Shown piece after piece: positions 45,600 through 56,117 of a stretch of 64,000 nucleotides of DNA. Position 1 is the stretch's first letter. Every line of letters starts with the position of its first letter. A program made the translations under genes and the position numbers. This DNA comes from Verrucomicrobia bacterium UBA3761. Its GTDB lineage: Bacteria > Verrucomicrobiota > Kiritimatiellia > RFP12 > UBA1067. The notes below the pieces were generated by a model. The model was given only the letters and a program-made list of their open reading frames with translations. It searched no databases and had not been told where the DNA came from. The DNA is taken from positions 5,478 through 69,477 of the forward strand of contig DFGB01000045.1 of assembly GCA_002371135.1 (NCBI GenBank), written 5' to 3'.

Positions 45600-47774
45600 T
45601 CACAGCAAGTGTTCGCCAGGGCCGAGATCGTGCACGGCGCCGCCTGGCATGACGACGCGCGCGCTCGCGCCTTCCGGGATGCGCGCCTTGAGCCGGAACT
45701 CCCCGTCCTCGAAGCGCCACTCCACCTCCACCTTGCCGCAGGCGGTCTCGACGCCCGCCTCGACGCGCCGGACGCCGCCGACCACGTTCGGTGCGATGAC
45801 GATGCGACTCCCTCCCGGCGCCGCCGGGTCGAGCGAAATGCCCGCGAGGCGCTTCACGAACCACGCCGAAATTCCCGTATAGCATGTGTGGATCTTGCTC
45901 GGCACGTCGCAGCTCCAATACTCCGGCCACGTCGTCTCGCCCTGCGCGAGGAAATAGCCATACGACGGCCGCTCGAGCGACATCAGATGGCGCGCCACGA
46001 TTTCATCGTGCGGCCGCACCTCCGTCAGATACTTGAGCAGAACCGGCAGCCCCGACGAACCCATGCCGAGGTATGGATGGGCCCGCGTGATTTCATCGTC
46101 GAAATGCGCTTCCTGCTCCGCGACGAGTTCCGCTGGCACGACGCCTGTCATCAACGCGAACGCGGTCGGCACCTGCAAACCCATCGGATAGATATGGCGC
46201 TCCTTGTCGTAGAACCGCGCGTGGACTCTCCGCCGCAACGCCGCAGCGTCCGCCGCATAGCGCCGCGCGTCTTCATCGCGGCCGAGCGCCGTCGCGATCT
46301 TCTCCATCGTCGCGAGATTCATTATCCACACGCAGTTGTTGAAAAACCGCGCCTCGGGCGTGTCGGCGAATTCCTTCTTCCCCTCGGCCGTCCCCCAGTC
46401 GCCCAGGAAATTGAGCTTCCCCTGGCGATACGGCGCGAGAATGCCGTCCTTCGCGTGACGTGCGAGGAACGCGAGCCACTTCTCCGCGGCGGGATACACG
46501 GTCTCGAGAACGCTCTTGTCGCCATAGTTGAGATAGTGCTCCCAGGCGACGCTGAGGCCCGCGCTCGACCACATCGGCCCTCCTGCGTGGCGGTTCTCCT
46601 GCGGCGTCGTATGGTGCACCCAGCCGTCGGGCTCCTGCATGTCGCACCACTTGCTTACGTAGTCGGCGAGATACTCCCGGGCGTCGAACGTCGGCAGGTC
46701 GATCCCCCACGCACATGCGAACATCTCCTCGCCGTATCCAAGCCGCTCGCGGTGGGGGCAATCGGATGTGTAGCCCTCCGTGGTGCACATCCGGTATGTC
46801 CAGATGTCGGTCTCGTAAATGCGGTTGAAAAGTTCGTTGTCGCATCGGAAGTATCCAGTGCGGCGCAAGTCGGTGCCGATCGCGAGCGCGGTCGCGTCCT
46901 GCGGCCGCGGTGGCGTCTTGAGCCCGGCGACGGTGAGGTAGCGCCCGGCGAGGTAGTTGAAGCGGTTGCGGAAGACGTCGTTAGTGCCGCGCGCGATGTA
47001 GACGTTCAACTGCGCGAAATCCTGCCGCGTCGCTTCATCGTCGGCGCTCATGAGTTCCACGCGGTCGCCGGGCGCGAGGCCGTTCATCCGGAGTTCCACC
47101 CAGCCCGTGAAATTCGTGGCGAAATCGAACCGCCACGCGCCGTCTTCCATCTTCTCGACTTTCGCCGCCGGCCACGCGGCGAGGATGCGCGTCGGCTCGC
47201 AGCGCTGCGGCGTCACGGCGATGGACGCAGGGACGGCGCACTCCGCCGCCTCGACCCATTCCCCGCGCGCCTCCTCGCGCGCGTCGACGAGTTCTCCGCC
47301 GTTGTCGCGATACTTGCTGTCGCCCAGATTCCGGCAACCCGTCGTACGGCACTGCCACAGCGCCGCCGCGGCCAGAATTTCGCCGCGCACGCTCAGCGCC
47401 GGACGCACTTTCTCTTTGAAATATTCGTATCGCGCCCAACCGGGACCGGTCGCGACCAATATCTCGTTTTCGCCTTCGCGCAGCAGACGCGCGACATCGT
47501 ACGCGACGTAGTTCACGCGGCGCGTAAGCCGCGTCAGCGCCGGCGCGAGGATCCTGTCGTCCGCCTTCACTCCGTTCACGAACAGCTCGTGGTAGCCGAA
47601 CGACGCCACATCGAGCCGCGCCTCCGCAGGCACGCTCCCAAGCCGCACGCTCGTGCGGTATTCTAGATGCTCCTCCGCCTTGGCGGCGGGATGGCGCATC
47701 CACGGCGCATCCCAGCCGGAGGCCTCCGCGACGCACACCAGCAACGCCGCGAAGGCGAAAACGGGCGGGCGCAT
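45600..47774 (-). CDS. Alpha-L-rhamnosidase (glycoside hydrolase family 78)
   Basis: It starts at MRPPVFAFAALLVCVAEASG (signal peptide); 724 aa with GH78 N-terminal, catalytic (alpha/alpha)6 and C-terminal domain similarity; the ATG overlaps the GH27 TGA (TGATG). Confidence 0.8.
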   Translation of the reverse strand: MRPPVFAFAALLVCVAEASGWDAPWMRHPAAKAEEHLEYRTSVRLGSVPAEARLDVASFGYHELFVNGVKADDRILAPALTRLTRRVNYVAYDVARLLREGENEILVATGPGWARYEYFKEKVRPALSVRGEILAAAALWQCRTTGCRNLGDSKYRDNGGELVDAREEARGEWVEAAECAVPASIAVTPQRCEPTRILAAWPAAKVEKMEDGAWRFDFATNFTGWVELRMNGLAPGDRVELMSADDEATRQDFAQLNVYIARGTNDVFRNRFNYLAGRYLTVAGLKTPPRPQDATALAIGTDLRRTGYFRCDNELFNRIYETDIWTYRMCTTEGYTSDCPHRERLGYGEEMFACAWGIDLPTFDAREYLADYVSKWCDMQEPDGWVHHTTPQENRHAGGPMWSSAGLSVAWEHYLNYGDKSVLETVYPAAEKWLAFLARHAKDGILAPYRQGKLNFLGDWGTAEGKKEFADTPEARFFNNCVWIMNLATMEKIATALGRDEDARRYAADAAALRRRVHARFYDKERHIYPMGLQVPTAFALMTGVVPAELVAEQEAHFDDEITRAHPYLGMGSSGLPVLLKYLTEVRPHDEIVARHLMSLERPSYGYFLAQGETTWPEYWSCDVPSKIHTCYTGISAWFVKRLAGISLDPAAPGGSRIVIAPNVVGGVRRVEAGVETACGKVEVEWRFEDGEFRLKARIPEGASARVVMPGGAVHDLGPGEHLL

Positions 47775-49048
47775 CACTCTTCTATCTCCATCAGCACGGA
47801 CGCGTGCGGCGCCAGGCGGCGCGTGTAGCCGAGCGCCGTCACGTCGCGCTCCTTGCCGGATAGATTGAATATCGCGAGGAACCGCCCGCCCTTTGAATTG
47901 GCGGAGACGATTGCGCATTCGTCCTTCGTGCAAATAACCGGTCTGGGCGAACGCCCGTCGCGCTGCGCGGCGAGAATCTTAGAGTCCGTGAGGAGCGCGA
48001 GCGTATCCTTGTCACCGGCGAGCTGCGGCAGGTCCGCGCCGATGAAAAGCGGCGAGCGGCATATCGCGAAAAAGTTCATCAGCGTGCGCTGCTCGTCTTT
48101 CGTCAGACGCGTCTTGCGTCCCGAGGCGGAGTCGAGGCTCCACCAGTGGCCCGTCACGCCAAGCTTGCCGAGCGGAATCATGTCGCAGTCCGGCCACGTG
48201 CCTTCGCGCACGCCCGCCTCCAGCCATTCGCACATTATCGGCACCAGATGCTCGATATGCCCCCACGAATCCCAGACGTCGTTCACGACTCTCCACATGT
48301 TCGCCTTCGTCTGCAAATCCGCGGCCGCCTCGAGAGGCGTTTCGCCCGGCGACGTGGAGAAGACGATCTCGCGGCCGCACTTGTCGATCGCGCGGCGGAT
48401 CATCGCGACTTCCTCCTCGCGATATACAGGCGCGGAAAGATCGTCGCACTTCACAAAATCGACTCCCCACGACGCGTAGAGCTCGAAAATGGAATCGTAA
48501 TATTCCTGCGCGCCGGGACGCTCCGCGAGGACCGTGCAGTTGTCGCGCAGCCAGACGCATTCAACCTTGCCGTCCGTTATCATGTCGCACGTCACGCCGT
48601 CGGCGCCCTTCACCGGAAGCTTCTTCGCGACCGCTTCCTTCGGCACGCCGCGCATTATGTGGATGCCGAACTTGAGCCCCTTGGAGTGCACATAGTCCGC
48701 GAGCGGCTTGAACCCCTTGCCGTCCCTCGCCGACGGGAAACGGTTCGGCGCGGGCAGGTAGCGCCCGAAGGCGTCGAGCGTGTATAGCGGATTCTCCTGG
48801 TTGTAGCCGAGCAGCCCCTCGTTCTGGACCGTCCAGCGGATGTCGCACACGGCATATTCGTATCCTGCGGCCGCGAGGTGCTTGGACTGGAAATCCACAT
48901 TCGCGCGAAACTGCGCTTCATTCACGGCCGCGCCGTAGCAGTCCCACGAATTCCAACCCATCGGCGGAGTCTTCGCCCACGAAGCGAAATCGCCCGCATA
49001 CGCGCCGGCCGCCAGGCCCGCGCACAATAACGTAGTAGTCAGTTTCAT
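47774..49048 (-). CDS. Alpha-galactosidase (glycoside hydrolase family 27)
   Basis: It starts at MKLTTTLLCAGLAAGAYA with an RBS AAGGAA; the motifs PPMGWNSWDCYG and DFVKCDD are GH27 signatures. Confidence 0.85.
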   Translation of the reverse strand: MKLTTTLLCAGLAAGAYAGDFASWAKTPPMGWNSWDCYGAAVNEAQFRANVDFQSKHLAAAGYEYAVCDIRWTVQNEGLLGYNQENPLYTLDAFGRYLPAPNRFPSARDGKGFKPLADYVHSKGLKFGIHIMRGVPKEAVAKKLPVKGADGVTCDMITDGKVECVWLRDNCTVLAERPGAQEYYDSIFELYASWGVDFVKCDDLSAPVYREEEVAMIRRAIDKCGREIVFSTSPGETPLEAAADLQTKANMWRVVNDVWDSWGHIEHLVPIMCEWLEAGVREGTWPDCDMIPLGKLGVTGHWWSLDSASGRKTRLTKDEQRTLMNFFAICRSPLFIGADLPQLAGDKDTLALLTDSKILAAQRDGRSPRPVICTKDECAIVSANSKGGRFLAIFNLSGKERDVTALGYTRRLAPHASVLMEIEE

Positions 49049-49120
49049 GTTTCTCAAGTTCCTTGCTGCGGCGAATATTCTACCATATTGCGCGGAAAAA
49101 CACAAATCGCGCTTTGCCTG

Positions 49121-49777
49121 CTATTCGCCGCCAAGAGCCGCGAGACGCCGCTGCAAGCGCTCGATTTCCCCGCGCAGCCGCGCATTCTCTTCCTTGAGAC
49201 TGGCGATTTCCCCGTTCTGCGCCGTGCGCCTCCCGAGCCGCACGGCCGTCATGCGCTCGCGAATGCCGCCGTTCTCCCGGAAATCATCCTGCTGCGCATC
49301 GATCAACTGCTGCAGCATCCACATCGTCTGGGAAATCACTGTTATCATCGCATTGCAGAATTCCTCCTTGCCGCATCCTTCCAGAAACACCGCCCACCCG
49401 TCCCACTTGGAATGTTCCGCCGCGAACTTCCGCAGCTTCGGCGTCCTCGAATGCCCTGCACCCCAGCGTTCGAGACGATCGAACTTCAGGCAGTCGATAT
49501 AATCTTCGAGAAGCTCGCCAAGCGATGCACGCGCCACATTCGTAAGCTTCAATTGCGTCTCGAGACTTGTGGCGGCCGCCTCGCTGCCCTCGACGATATT
49601 CTGCTTGCAGCTCCTCGCCGCCTGTACCATCTGGTCGACCGTGCGATCCCCGTACTTTGGCAGAAACCGCCGGCAAAATAGCTGCGTCGCCTGGCATATC
49701 ATATCGCTCTTATCGTAGACGATCAGCTTCCGGTATCCGCCGTGCGGATGGATAATCTGTGGATTTCCTGTGCTCAT
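49121..49777 (-). CDS. Four-helix-bundle protein (TIGR02436-like) with a C-terminal coiled-coil extension
   Basis: YRKLIVYDKSDMICQATQLFC..QNIVEGSEAAATS..ASLGELLED matches the four-helix-bundle family pattern. Confidence 0.5.
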   Translation of the reverse strand: MSTGNPQIIHPHGGYRKLIVYDKSDMICQATQLFCRRFLPKYGDRTVDQMVQAARSCKQNIVEGSEAAATSLETQLKLTNVARASLGELLEDYIDCLKFDRLERWGAGHSRTPKLRKFAAEHSKWDGWAVFLEGCGKEEFCNAMITVISQTMWMLQQLIDAQQDDFRENGGIRERMTAVRLGRRTAQNGEIASLKEENARLRGEIERLQRRLAALGGE

Positions 49778-49831
49778 ACTGCGATTTTACCACAATCCCC
49801 CAACTTTGCGCAAGGGGGAAATTTGAGATTT

Positions 49832-50030
49832 TTTGGGAGGGTTGGGAGGGTTGGGAGAATTGGGATAAATTGGGAGGATTGGGATTATTGGGAAAATTAG
49901 GCGCTATAGACTCTCCCAATCCCAACTCTCCCAATCTATCCCAATCCTCCCAACTATCCCAACCCTCCCACAAAAACAAGCGGGCGGGGTTGCCCCCGCC
50001 CGCGCTTCGGGAGGGACGCGCTTCAGCGCG
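49832..50030. repeat. Tandem-heptamer palindrome (TTGGGAG/TTGGGAT)x7 .. (CTCCCAA/ATCCCAA)x7, followed by the hairpins GCGGGCGGGGTTGCCCCCGCCCGC (49978..50001) and the REP-like GACGCGCTTCAGCGCGTC (50013..50030)
   Basis: Read directly from the sequence; it lies between the giant gene stop and the four-helix gene start. Confidence 0.85.
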
Positions 50031-50059
50031 TCCACACCCGTTGTCAAGGCATTCAAGCC

Positions 50060-53000
50060 TCAGCCCTGATCGTCGTCGCCAACCACGACCGCCGGCGCGG
50101 TGGAAATCGGCGCCGTGCCGATCTTGACGTCGATGAAGCCCTGTTCGGTGCCGGGCTTGGCGATTTCAAGCGCCGTGCCGTCGGACTGACCATGCTCCGT
50201 CGCCACGGCCTCGCCGCCGAGCGTGGCGTGGGTCGTGATCAGATAGTAGAGGCCGGCCGGAACCGTCACGCTGGCCTTGCCTTCGGCGTCGAACACAAGA
50301 GCGTCGGCGAGGACGTCCTCGACGAGACCCTCGGCGAAGCCGTCGATCGTCACCGTCCAGGCGCCCGCTTCGCCCACAGCCTTGTAGCTGAAGTAGCTGC
50401 CGTCGAAGCCTTCCACGACCGTGGCCGCGGCTTCCGCGATGGCATCTTCCTCGGTCTCGGCGGTCGACGCATAGGACGACGCAGGGTCGTTCGGATCGAG
50501 CCCGCCGGCGACGAGGTAGAGGCCGGCCGGATTGTCGCCGTCGGCCGCCCTGTATTCGAGCGTGCCATACGCCTCGCCAGCAACCGTGAGGGCGAAGTCG
50601 CCCTTGAGAGTCGCTCCATCAGGAACGGTCACCGGGACTACGCAAACATCAGCCTCAGGCGCTGCTGCCACGTTGACAGTCACAATCTCAAGGCGGTTGT
50701 TCTTGTTGAGAACAAGCGAACCGCTGAAGTTGTCGAGCAACGTAATCTTGTAGGCGACGCCTTTCGTATTGCTCGAATTGAAGAACGTGAGTTTCTTCGT
50801 GCCCGTAACCTTCGAGAACGTGACGAGATACTTGTCAGTAGTATCGGCATAGCCATTGTTAATCACGAGGTCGGATTCAAGGCGAAGGATACCATTTACA
50901 CCTGTCGAATTTCCTGAACTCTTGAAGAAACCACCCTTGCCAAAGCCATTGCTCATAACAAGTGTTTGGCCCGCTCTGTTCACATATGCATTGGCATTGA
51001 ATGCAGTTGTAGGCGCCCAGGCGGCATCATACGTGCCATTCCAGGAGTTCGCGAATTTCGTATAGCCAAGTGCAGTATCCGCATTCGTGAAACGAATTAC
51101 GCCAGTGCCCTTATTGCCCCAAATGCAGGAGTTCGGAACCGTGAGTGTTCCGTCGACGGTTAGTTCGCCGAGGAGGACGACGTTTGCAGCGGTCCATGTC
51201 GCCGAGGAGGCAACTGTGGCGGAAGCGCCAGTGTCGACGTAGATTACCTGCCCGTCGCCGGCATAGTTTGAACCGAACGCGACGCGGCCATTCATGGAAT
51301 TCGCATCAATGGTGACATTGCCGGTGAAGCCGGAGACATCGCCGGTGAAGCTCAAGGTGAGGCGGCTCGTCGTATTGGCGACCGTGAGAGCGCCAGAGCC
51401 GGTCAGCTCGCCGGAGAATGCGACAACCGTATCTGCGCTGTAGGAGCCGGCAAGAGTCAAGCCGTCGCCGACAAGTTCAATACCGCTCGTCACGGGGCCC
51501 GTCAACGTGCCGCTGACCGTGAAGCCGTTGAAGGCGAGCTTCGAGTTGGCGCTCACGTACTTCGAAGGATCGAAGGCGAATGCGTAGTCGCCGCAGACTT
51601 CAAACGTGCCGGCCCATGTTTCGGAGCGGAGTTTCGCGGGAAGCGTGTTCTTGCCCTCGGAATCGCCGTCGGCGTAGAAGAGCAGGTACTCCATCCTGTT
51701 GTCGGCAACGCCTGAACCTATCGCGATGCGACCTTCGCCGGAGATGGTCGAGATACCGTCGAATGCATTGTTCACGGCCGTGCCATCCAGCAGCGTGACA
51801 GTGATGCCCGCAGGAACGACCAGCGTGCCGCCCGTGGCGAGCCCCTGCGTCCAGGGCGTCCAGTTGTTGGCGAGTTCAAGCGTCGCGTCCTCGGGGAAGT
51901 AGTAGCGCGAGCTGCCAAACGTGTAGGTGCCGTCCGTGAGTTTGATTGTCACAGGGCCGACATCGTCGGATGCCTTGACGAAGGTGATGGTATGGAAATT
52001 CGCCTTGTTTCCGCCGAGGTTCTCGGGCGTGAAGTCGCCGGTGAGCTTGACGGTCATGGTCGGATTGCCGCTTGCCGCAAGGGCCGCTGCATACGCTTCG
52101 GCAAACGACGGATACCACGTGTCGTTGACTTTGGCGACGCCGGTTGCGACGGTGTAGAGGCCGGTTGCTTCATCGTAGGCGAAGTAGCATTCGTAGCCTT
52201 CCGGGATGAAGGAAGAGCCGAGAACATCGTCGCCCTTGGTGGGGTCGGCGCCGAACGCACCGCCGTAGACCTTGATCGCGGTGACGTCGTAACTGTTCCA
52301 GACGTTGAGCACTCTGGGAGCGAGTTCGCTGTTCCAGTGATACGTTCCCTCGGCGATGTTCTTGAACGTGCCGCCGTTGATCGTGATGATGGCGCTCGCT
52401 TCCTTCGCCGTGCCCGCGCCGACGTAGACCGTCGCCTCGTAGGTCGACTGGTTGACGAACGTGCCGCCGTTGACGACGATGGAGCCCGTGCGCGCCCAAA
52501 TGGCGATGCCCATATCCTCGGCATCCGCCGTGTTCACGATGGAGCCGTCGCCGGTGATCGTGAGCGTGCCAGTGCCGTTGTTGCAGAGCGTCGCGACGCC
52601 GTCCGAAGTGAGCGTGAAGCCGTTCAAGTCGAGCGTGATGTCGTTCTCGTTCGCGTAGCGGACCGTCTCCGTGACGTTGGCGGTGAGCTTGACCGTCTCG
52701 CCGGCCTTTGCGGCTTCAAGCGCGGCCTGGACCGAGTCATAACCCGTCTCGCCGATCATCGCCGCATAGTAGTGAATCGTGAAGGTATACGTAGTCGGGT
52801 TTTCCTCGTCGTCGGACGTGCAGACGAGCTCCGCCGTGGTGATGGAGGAATCCTTCGAGACGATATCCTTGTCCACCGCCGAAACGACGAGCGTTCCGCC
52901 TGCGAGCGTGTAGGAGTTGGCGTTGGTGACTCCCGAGACATCAAGTTTGCCTGTTCCAACCTTGACGACATCGGGATTGCGATCCGTATTGTCCTTCATC

Positions 53001-55483
53001 CAGCAACCGGTAATCGTATCGTCCTTGCCGAGAGCACCAATCTTTATCGTCTGATGCGCATCGGTGAGATTTGCCGGGACTGTATGGACATATCCGCTCA
53101 GCGAACCAAACTCGAAAACCTGATTCTTTGCATTCTTGTTCCAAGAAATAAATCGCCTATCGTTCTTTTCTCCCTGGTATTCATCGACGATGACTGTCGC
53201 CTTGGAGAAATCGCCCGGATAGAATGTAACTATGTTGCGGGAATTGTTGTCCTTGACGGTCTCGATTGTGCCCGAGAACTCCGATGCATCGCAATTGAAC
53301 GTAGCACCGCCAAAATAAGACTTGCCATTCTGGCGAGTCAGCTTCAGGTAGCCAGAACCGCTGAGTTTGCCGGTAACAGTGATTGTGCGCGAAGATTCAG
53401 GCTGATAGAACTCAGTCGGGTAATCCGCGCTACCAGTGATTTCGACAGGGCAGGAATACGTTGCGCCGCCATCGACTGTCGACATATGAATGGAATTGCC
53501 CAGCGAGAGCGTTCCCGTGCCGCTTATATCGGCAGTGTAGATGACATAATTGCGTCCATTCTGGGTTTCGATTCTAAGCCGCCCGTCAAGACGGATGTCG
53601 GCGGGAATCCATGAAGTCGATGTAACGCCGCGGAGTGTGACATCATTCGCGATAACAATGGTATCTCCGGCCTGAGGCACCACATCCGTAGACTCGCCAT
53701 TCAGAGTAAAGTGGCCGGATGAGGTCAGTTCGCTAATGTAGTGTGTGCCGGAGCCGGGGACATACACATACTCTGCGGCGTTGCGGACGAAGGCGAGGGT
53801 CTTCGTATCGGCGTTGTAGGAGCCGGAGAACGGAGCGACGTTGGTGAACGAAAGCTCGACGCCGTCGGCGAGGGCCACAGTGACATTGGGATAAGTCTTC
53901 GCGGAGTCGGCGGTAAGGGTGGTAGAAGCGAGGAGCGTCACTTCGACGGGATTCTCTTCCGTCGCGGCGGCGACAGCGGCTGCGAGGGCCGTGTCGACGT
54001 TGTAGTAATTGGTGCTGCCGATCGTGGCGACGGGCTCCTGGGAAATTACGATTTCACCTGCGCCTTCGGCCTGGACGAACGAACCCGTGAAGCCGGTGAT
54101 GTCGCCGGTGACATAAAGCTTGCCCGCGCCGGTCCATGTGAGCGTGCCGGAACCGGTGATTTTGGAGGCAACGGTGACGTCGACAGGCGTCGTGACGGGA
54201 TCTTCGCCTTCGACTTCAGTGGTGGTCGTCGCCTCGCATGCAATCGTGCCGCCTGCGGCGTCGACATAGAGATCGACAGGCGCATTGCCTTCCCATTCGG
54301 TCAGGAACCAGCCGCCGGTGGCTTTGAGAGTGCCGCCCTTGAGCGTGACCGTGGCGGAATTGACGTTGCCGGCGCGCTGGAAGTGGTCGGTCGCAAATAC
54401 TGCGTCGGGACCGACGGTGATCGTGGCGTCGCAGGCGCTGCCGTCGGACCAATTGCCGAGGAGCGTCCACTTGCCGGGCGCGCAGGTTACATTGCCCGCG
54501 ATATATGCGCTCGCCGAGACCGTGCTGCCTACGATGAAATCATCCGTGGTGGCATATGTGCCGTTGAACGTGGCCGAACCGGCAGGCACGCGGACATTGA
54601 CGCCGCTCCCGAGAACGCCGCTCTTGAACGTGAGTTCGCCCGCGCCGGTCTTGTAAAGGGTGCCATTGCCGGAGACCGCTGCATTTACGGTGACGGTGGT
54701 ATCGGCGGGAACCTCGATCGTGCCGCCGCCCGTGCCGATCACGACCTTCTGCTCGACAGGCTGCCAAGTGCTGCCGTCTTCGCCGTAGATTGTGCCTGCG
54801 CCCGTCTCCGTCTTGTTGCCGAGAATCGGCGAACCATTCGTATCCTGATGATAGGCAAGCGTACCATTGTCAAGCGTGACAGTGCTATTGCCGTTCAGGT
54901 AGGACTGGATCTGCCATACTGTCAGTTTGCCGCCGTTCTGAATGGCAAGCTCGGCAGTGCCGGCACGCTTGGCGTTCCATTCGCCAAACCTCGTCCATCC
55001 GTTGTCGGTGACGTTTGCGCCGTCTATTATGAGCGTACCGTTGTTGTCCGCATTGGCGACGTTGAGGCCGTTCGCGACGACATTCCCGTTCCGGAACGTA
55101 AGGTCGCCGGAGCCTCCCCAAGCGCCCACATGAAGCCAGCCGAGGGAGAGATTGGACGCCGCGACTTCTTCCGAGCCTTCGGTTTCTTCCGTCGCCTCGA
55201 CTGCCGCCTGGTAGTTGTTTCCGGCGACGACTACGTTCGCCGCTTCGACGTAGAGGCCGTTCGCTATGGAAACATTGCCGGAGACCGCAACCTCGGCATC
55301 GGCCGTGTTGATTACGTAATTTTCGCTATCGGCGCCATTTTGCGACCAGACGTTTTCACCGGTCCATGAGCCGGATGTTCCACCCGACCATATATAGTCA
55401 CCGCCGAAGGCGGTAAAGCCGAAGGCCGCCGCACCAAACAGCGCGACAGACTTCAGCCTGCCTTTCTTCATTCGTGTTCTCAT
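50060..55483 (-). CDS. Giant secreted parallel beta-helix repeat protein (1807 aa, adhesin-like or autotransporter-passenger-like)
   Basis: It has a signal peptide MRTRMKKGRLKSVALFGAAAFGFTAFG and hundreds of G/T/N-rich beta-helix-type repeats (GGTL.., NGG.., TGSG..). No C-terminal sorting motif was recognised. Confidence 0.65.
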   Translation of the reverse strand: MRTRMKKGRLKSVALFGAAAFGFTAFGGDYIWSGGTSGSWTGENVWSQNGADSENYVINTADAEVAVSGNVSIANGLYVEAANVVVAGNNYQAAVEATEETEGSEEVAASNLSLGWLHVGAWGGSGDLTFRNGNVVANGLNVANADNNGTLIIDGANVTDNGWTRFGEWNAKRAGTAELAIQNGGKLTVWQIQSYLNGNSTVTLDNGTLAYHQDTNGSPILGNKTETGAGTIYGEDGSTWQPVEQKVVIGTGGGTIEVPADTTVTVNAAVSGNGTLYKTGAGELTFKSGVLGSGVNVRVPAGSATFNGTYATTDDFIVGSTVSASAYIAGNVTCAPGKWTLLGNWSDGSACDATITVGPDAVFATDHFQRAGNVNSATVTLKGGTLKATGGWFLTEWEGNAPVDLYVDAAGGTIACEATTTTEVEGEDPVTTPVDVTVASKITGSGTLTWTGAGKLYVTGDITGFTGSFVQAEGAGEIVISQEPVATIGSTNYYNVDTALAAAVAAATEENPVEVTLLASTTLTADSAKTYPNVTVALADGVELSFTNVAPFSGSYNADTKTLAFVRNAAEYVYVPGSGTHYISELTSSGHFTLNGESTDVVPQAGDTIVIANDVTLRGVTSTSWIPADIRLDGRLRIETQNGRNYVIYTADISGTGTLSLGNSIHMSTVDGGATYSCPVEITGSADYPTEFYQPESSRTITVTGKLSGSGYLKLTRQNGKSYFGGATFNCDASEFSGTIETVKDNNSRNIVTFYPGDFSKATVIVDEYQGEKNDRRFISWNKNAKNQVFEFGSLSGYVHTVPANLTDAHQTIKIGALGKDDTITGCWMKDNTDRNPDVVKVGTGKLDVSGVTNANSYTLAGGTLVVSAVDKDIVSKDSSITTAELVCTSDDEENPTTYTFTIHYYAAMIGETGYDSVQAALEAAKAGETVKLTANVTETVRYANENDITLDLNGFTLTSDGVATLCNNGTGTLTITGDGSIVNTADAEDMGIAIWARTGSIVVNGGTFVNQSTYEATVYVGAGTAKEASAIITINGGTFKNIAEGTYHWNSELAPRVLNVWNSYDVTAIKVYGGAFGADPTKGDDVLGSSFIPEGYECYFAYDEATGLYTVATGVAKVNDTWYPSFAEAYAAALAASGNPTMTVKLTGDFTPENLGGNKANFHTITFVKASDDVGPVTIKLTDGTYTFGSSRYYFPEDATLELANNWTPWTQGLATGGTLVVPAGITVTLLDGTAVNNAFDGISTISGEGRIAIGSGVADNRMEYLLFYADGDSEGKNTLPAKLRSETWAGTFEVCGDYAFAFDPSKYVSANSKLAFNGFTVSGTLTGPVTSGIELVGDGLTLAGSYSADTVVAFSGELTGSGALTVANTTSRLTLSFTGDVSGFTGNVTIDANSMNGRVAFGSNYAGDGQVIYVDTGASATVASSATWTAANVVLLGELTVDGTLTVPNSCIWGNKGTGVIRFTNADTALGYTKFANSWNGTYDAAWAPTTAFNANAYVNRAGQTLVMSNGFGKGGFFKSSGNSTGVNGILRLESDLVINNGYADTTDKYLVTFSKVTGTKKLTFFNSSNTKGVAYKITLLDNFSGSLVLNKNNRLEIVTVNVAAAPEADVCVVPVTVPDGATLKGDFALTVAGEAYGTLEYRAADGDNPAGLYLVAGGLDPNDPASSYASTAETEEDAIAEAAATVVEGFDGSYFSYKAVGEAGAWTVTIDGFAEGLVEDVLADALVFDAEGKASVTVPAGLYYLITTHATLGGEAVATEHGQSDGTALEIAKPGTEQGFIDVKIGTAPISTAPAVVVGDDDQG

Positions 55484-55789
55484 CTTTTGTTATCCTTTTT
55501 TGGGGTTTTGCAAAAAACACATGCGCCGAGCGCCATGCATGTGCACGGCGATTGTGCATGTATGTTTTTGAAATCGCATCCGGCCTGCCGGAAATGGAGG
55601 AAACGAGCATGGCGCAACGCCCGGCATCCGCACATACGGCCGCCTGCCGGGAGAATCTCGTCTCGTTGCGCTTGTTATAGCACCGTATCAAAAACATTCC
55701 TCCTATCATCATTGTATTTCATTGTATCAAAAATCCTGCGCGGATGTCAATAGGGGATTTTTTGCCAGGGGTCTGCGGCCTTGGGCAAG

Positions 55790-56105
55790 CGCGGACCTTC
55801 CGTATACGGCCCTAGCGCCAAGGAATATCCCCCAGCGGTACGAGCTCGAAACGCGGCTTGAGCGCCAAGGAATATCCCCCAGCCGAAGGCTGTCCGCGAA
55901 GCGGATGCCCTAGCAGGTGTGCGCGGCTTTAGCCGCGCACACCCTCGTTCGACTATGCGCGGCTGAAGCCGCGCCTCCTTGGCGATAGGCCTGCCGCACC
56001 GCCTGCGCTTGACTGGCGCAGAAACGGTGCTCGGCTGGCGCAGAGAAGACGCTCGGCTGGCGCAGAGTCGGAAGTTCGCTAGGGGGCGGTCGGCAATCGG
56101 TCGGG
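55790..56105. repeat. REP/BIME-like repeat cluster 4: unit B at about 55858..55915 with a partial copy at 55816..55835, and hairpins at 55921..55938 and 55957..55974
   Basis: The sequence is nearly identical to cluster 3. Confidence 0.85.
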
Positions 56106-56117
56106 AACGGGATGCCA

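Noticed and set aside
43135-47666. The long plus-strand ORFs 43135..45510 (791 aa) and 45471..47666 (731 aa)
   Set aside because: They are antisense to pckG and to the GH78 gene.
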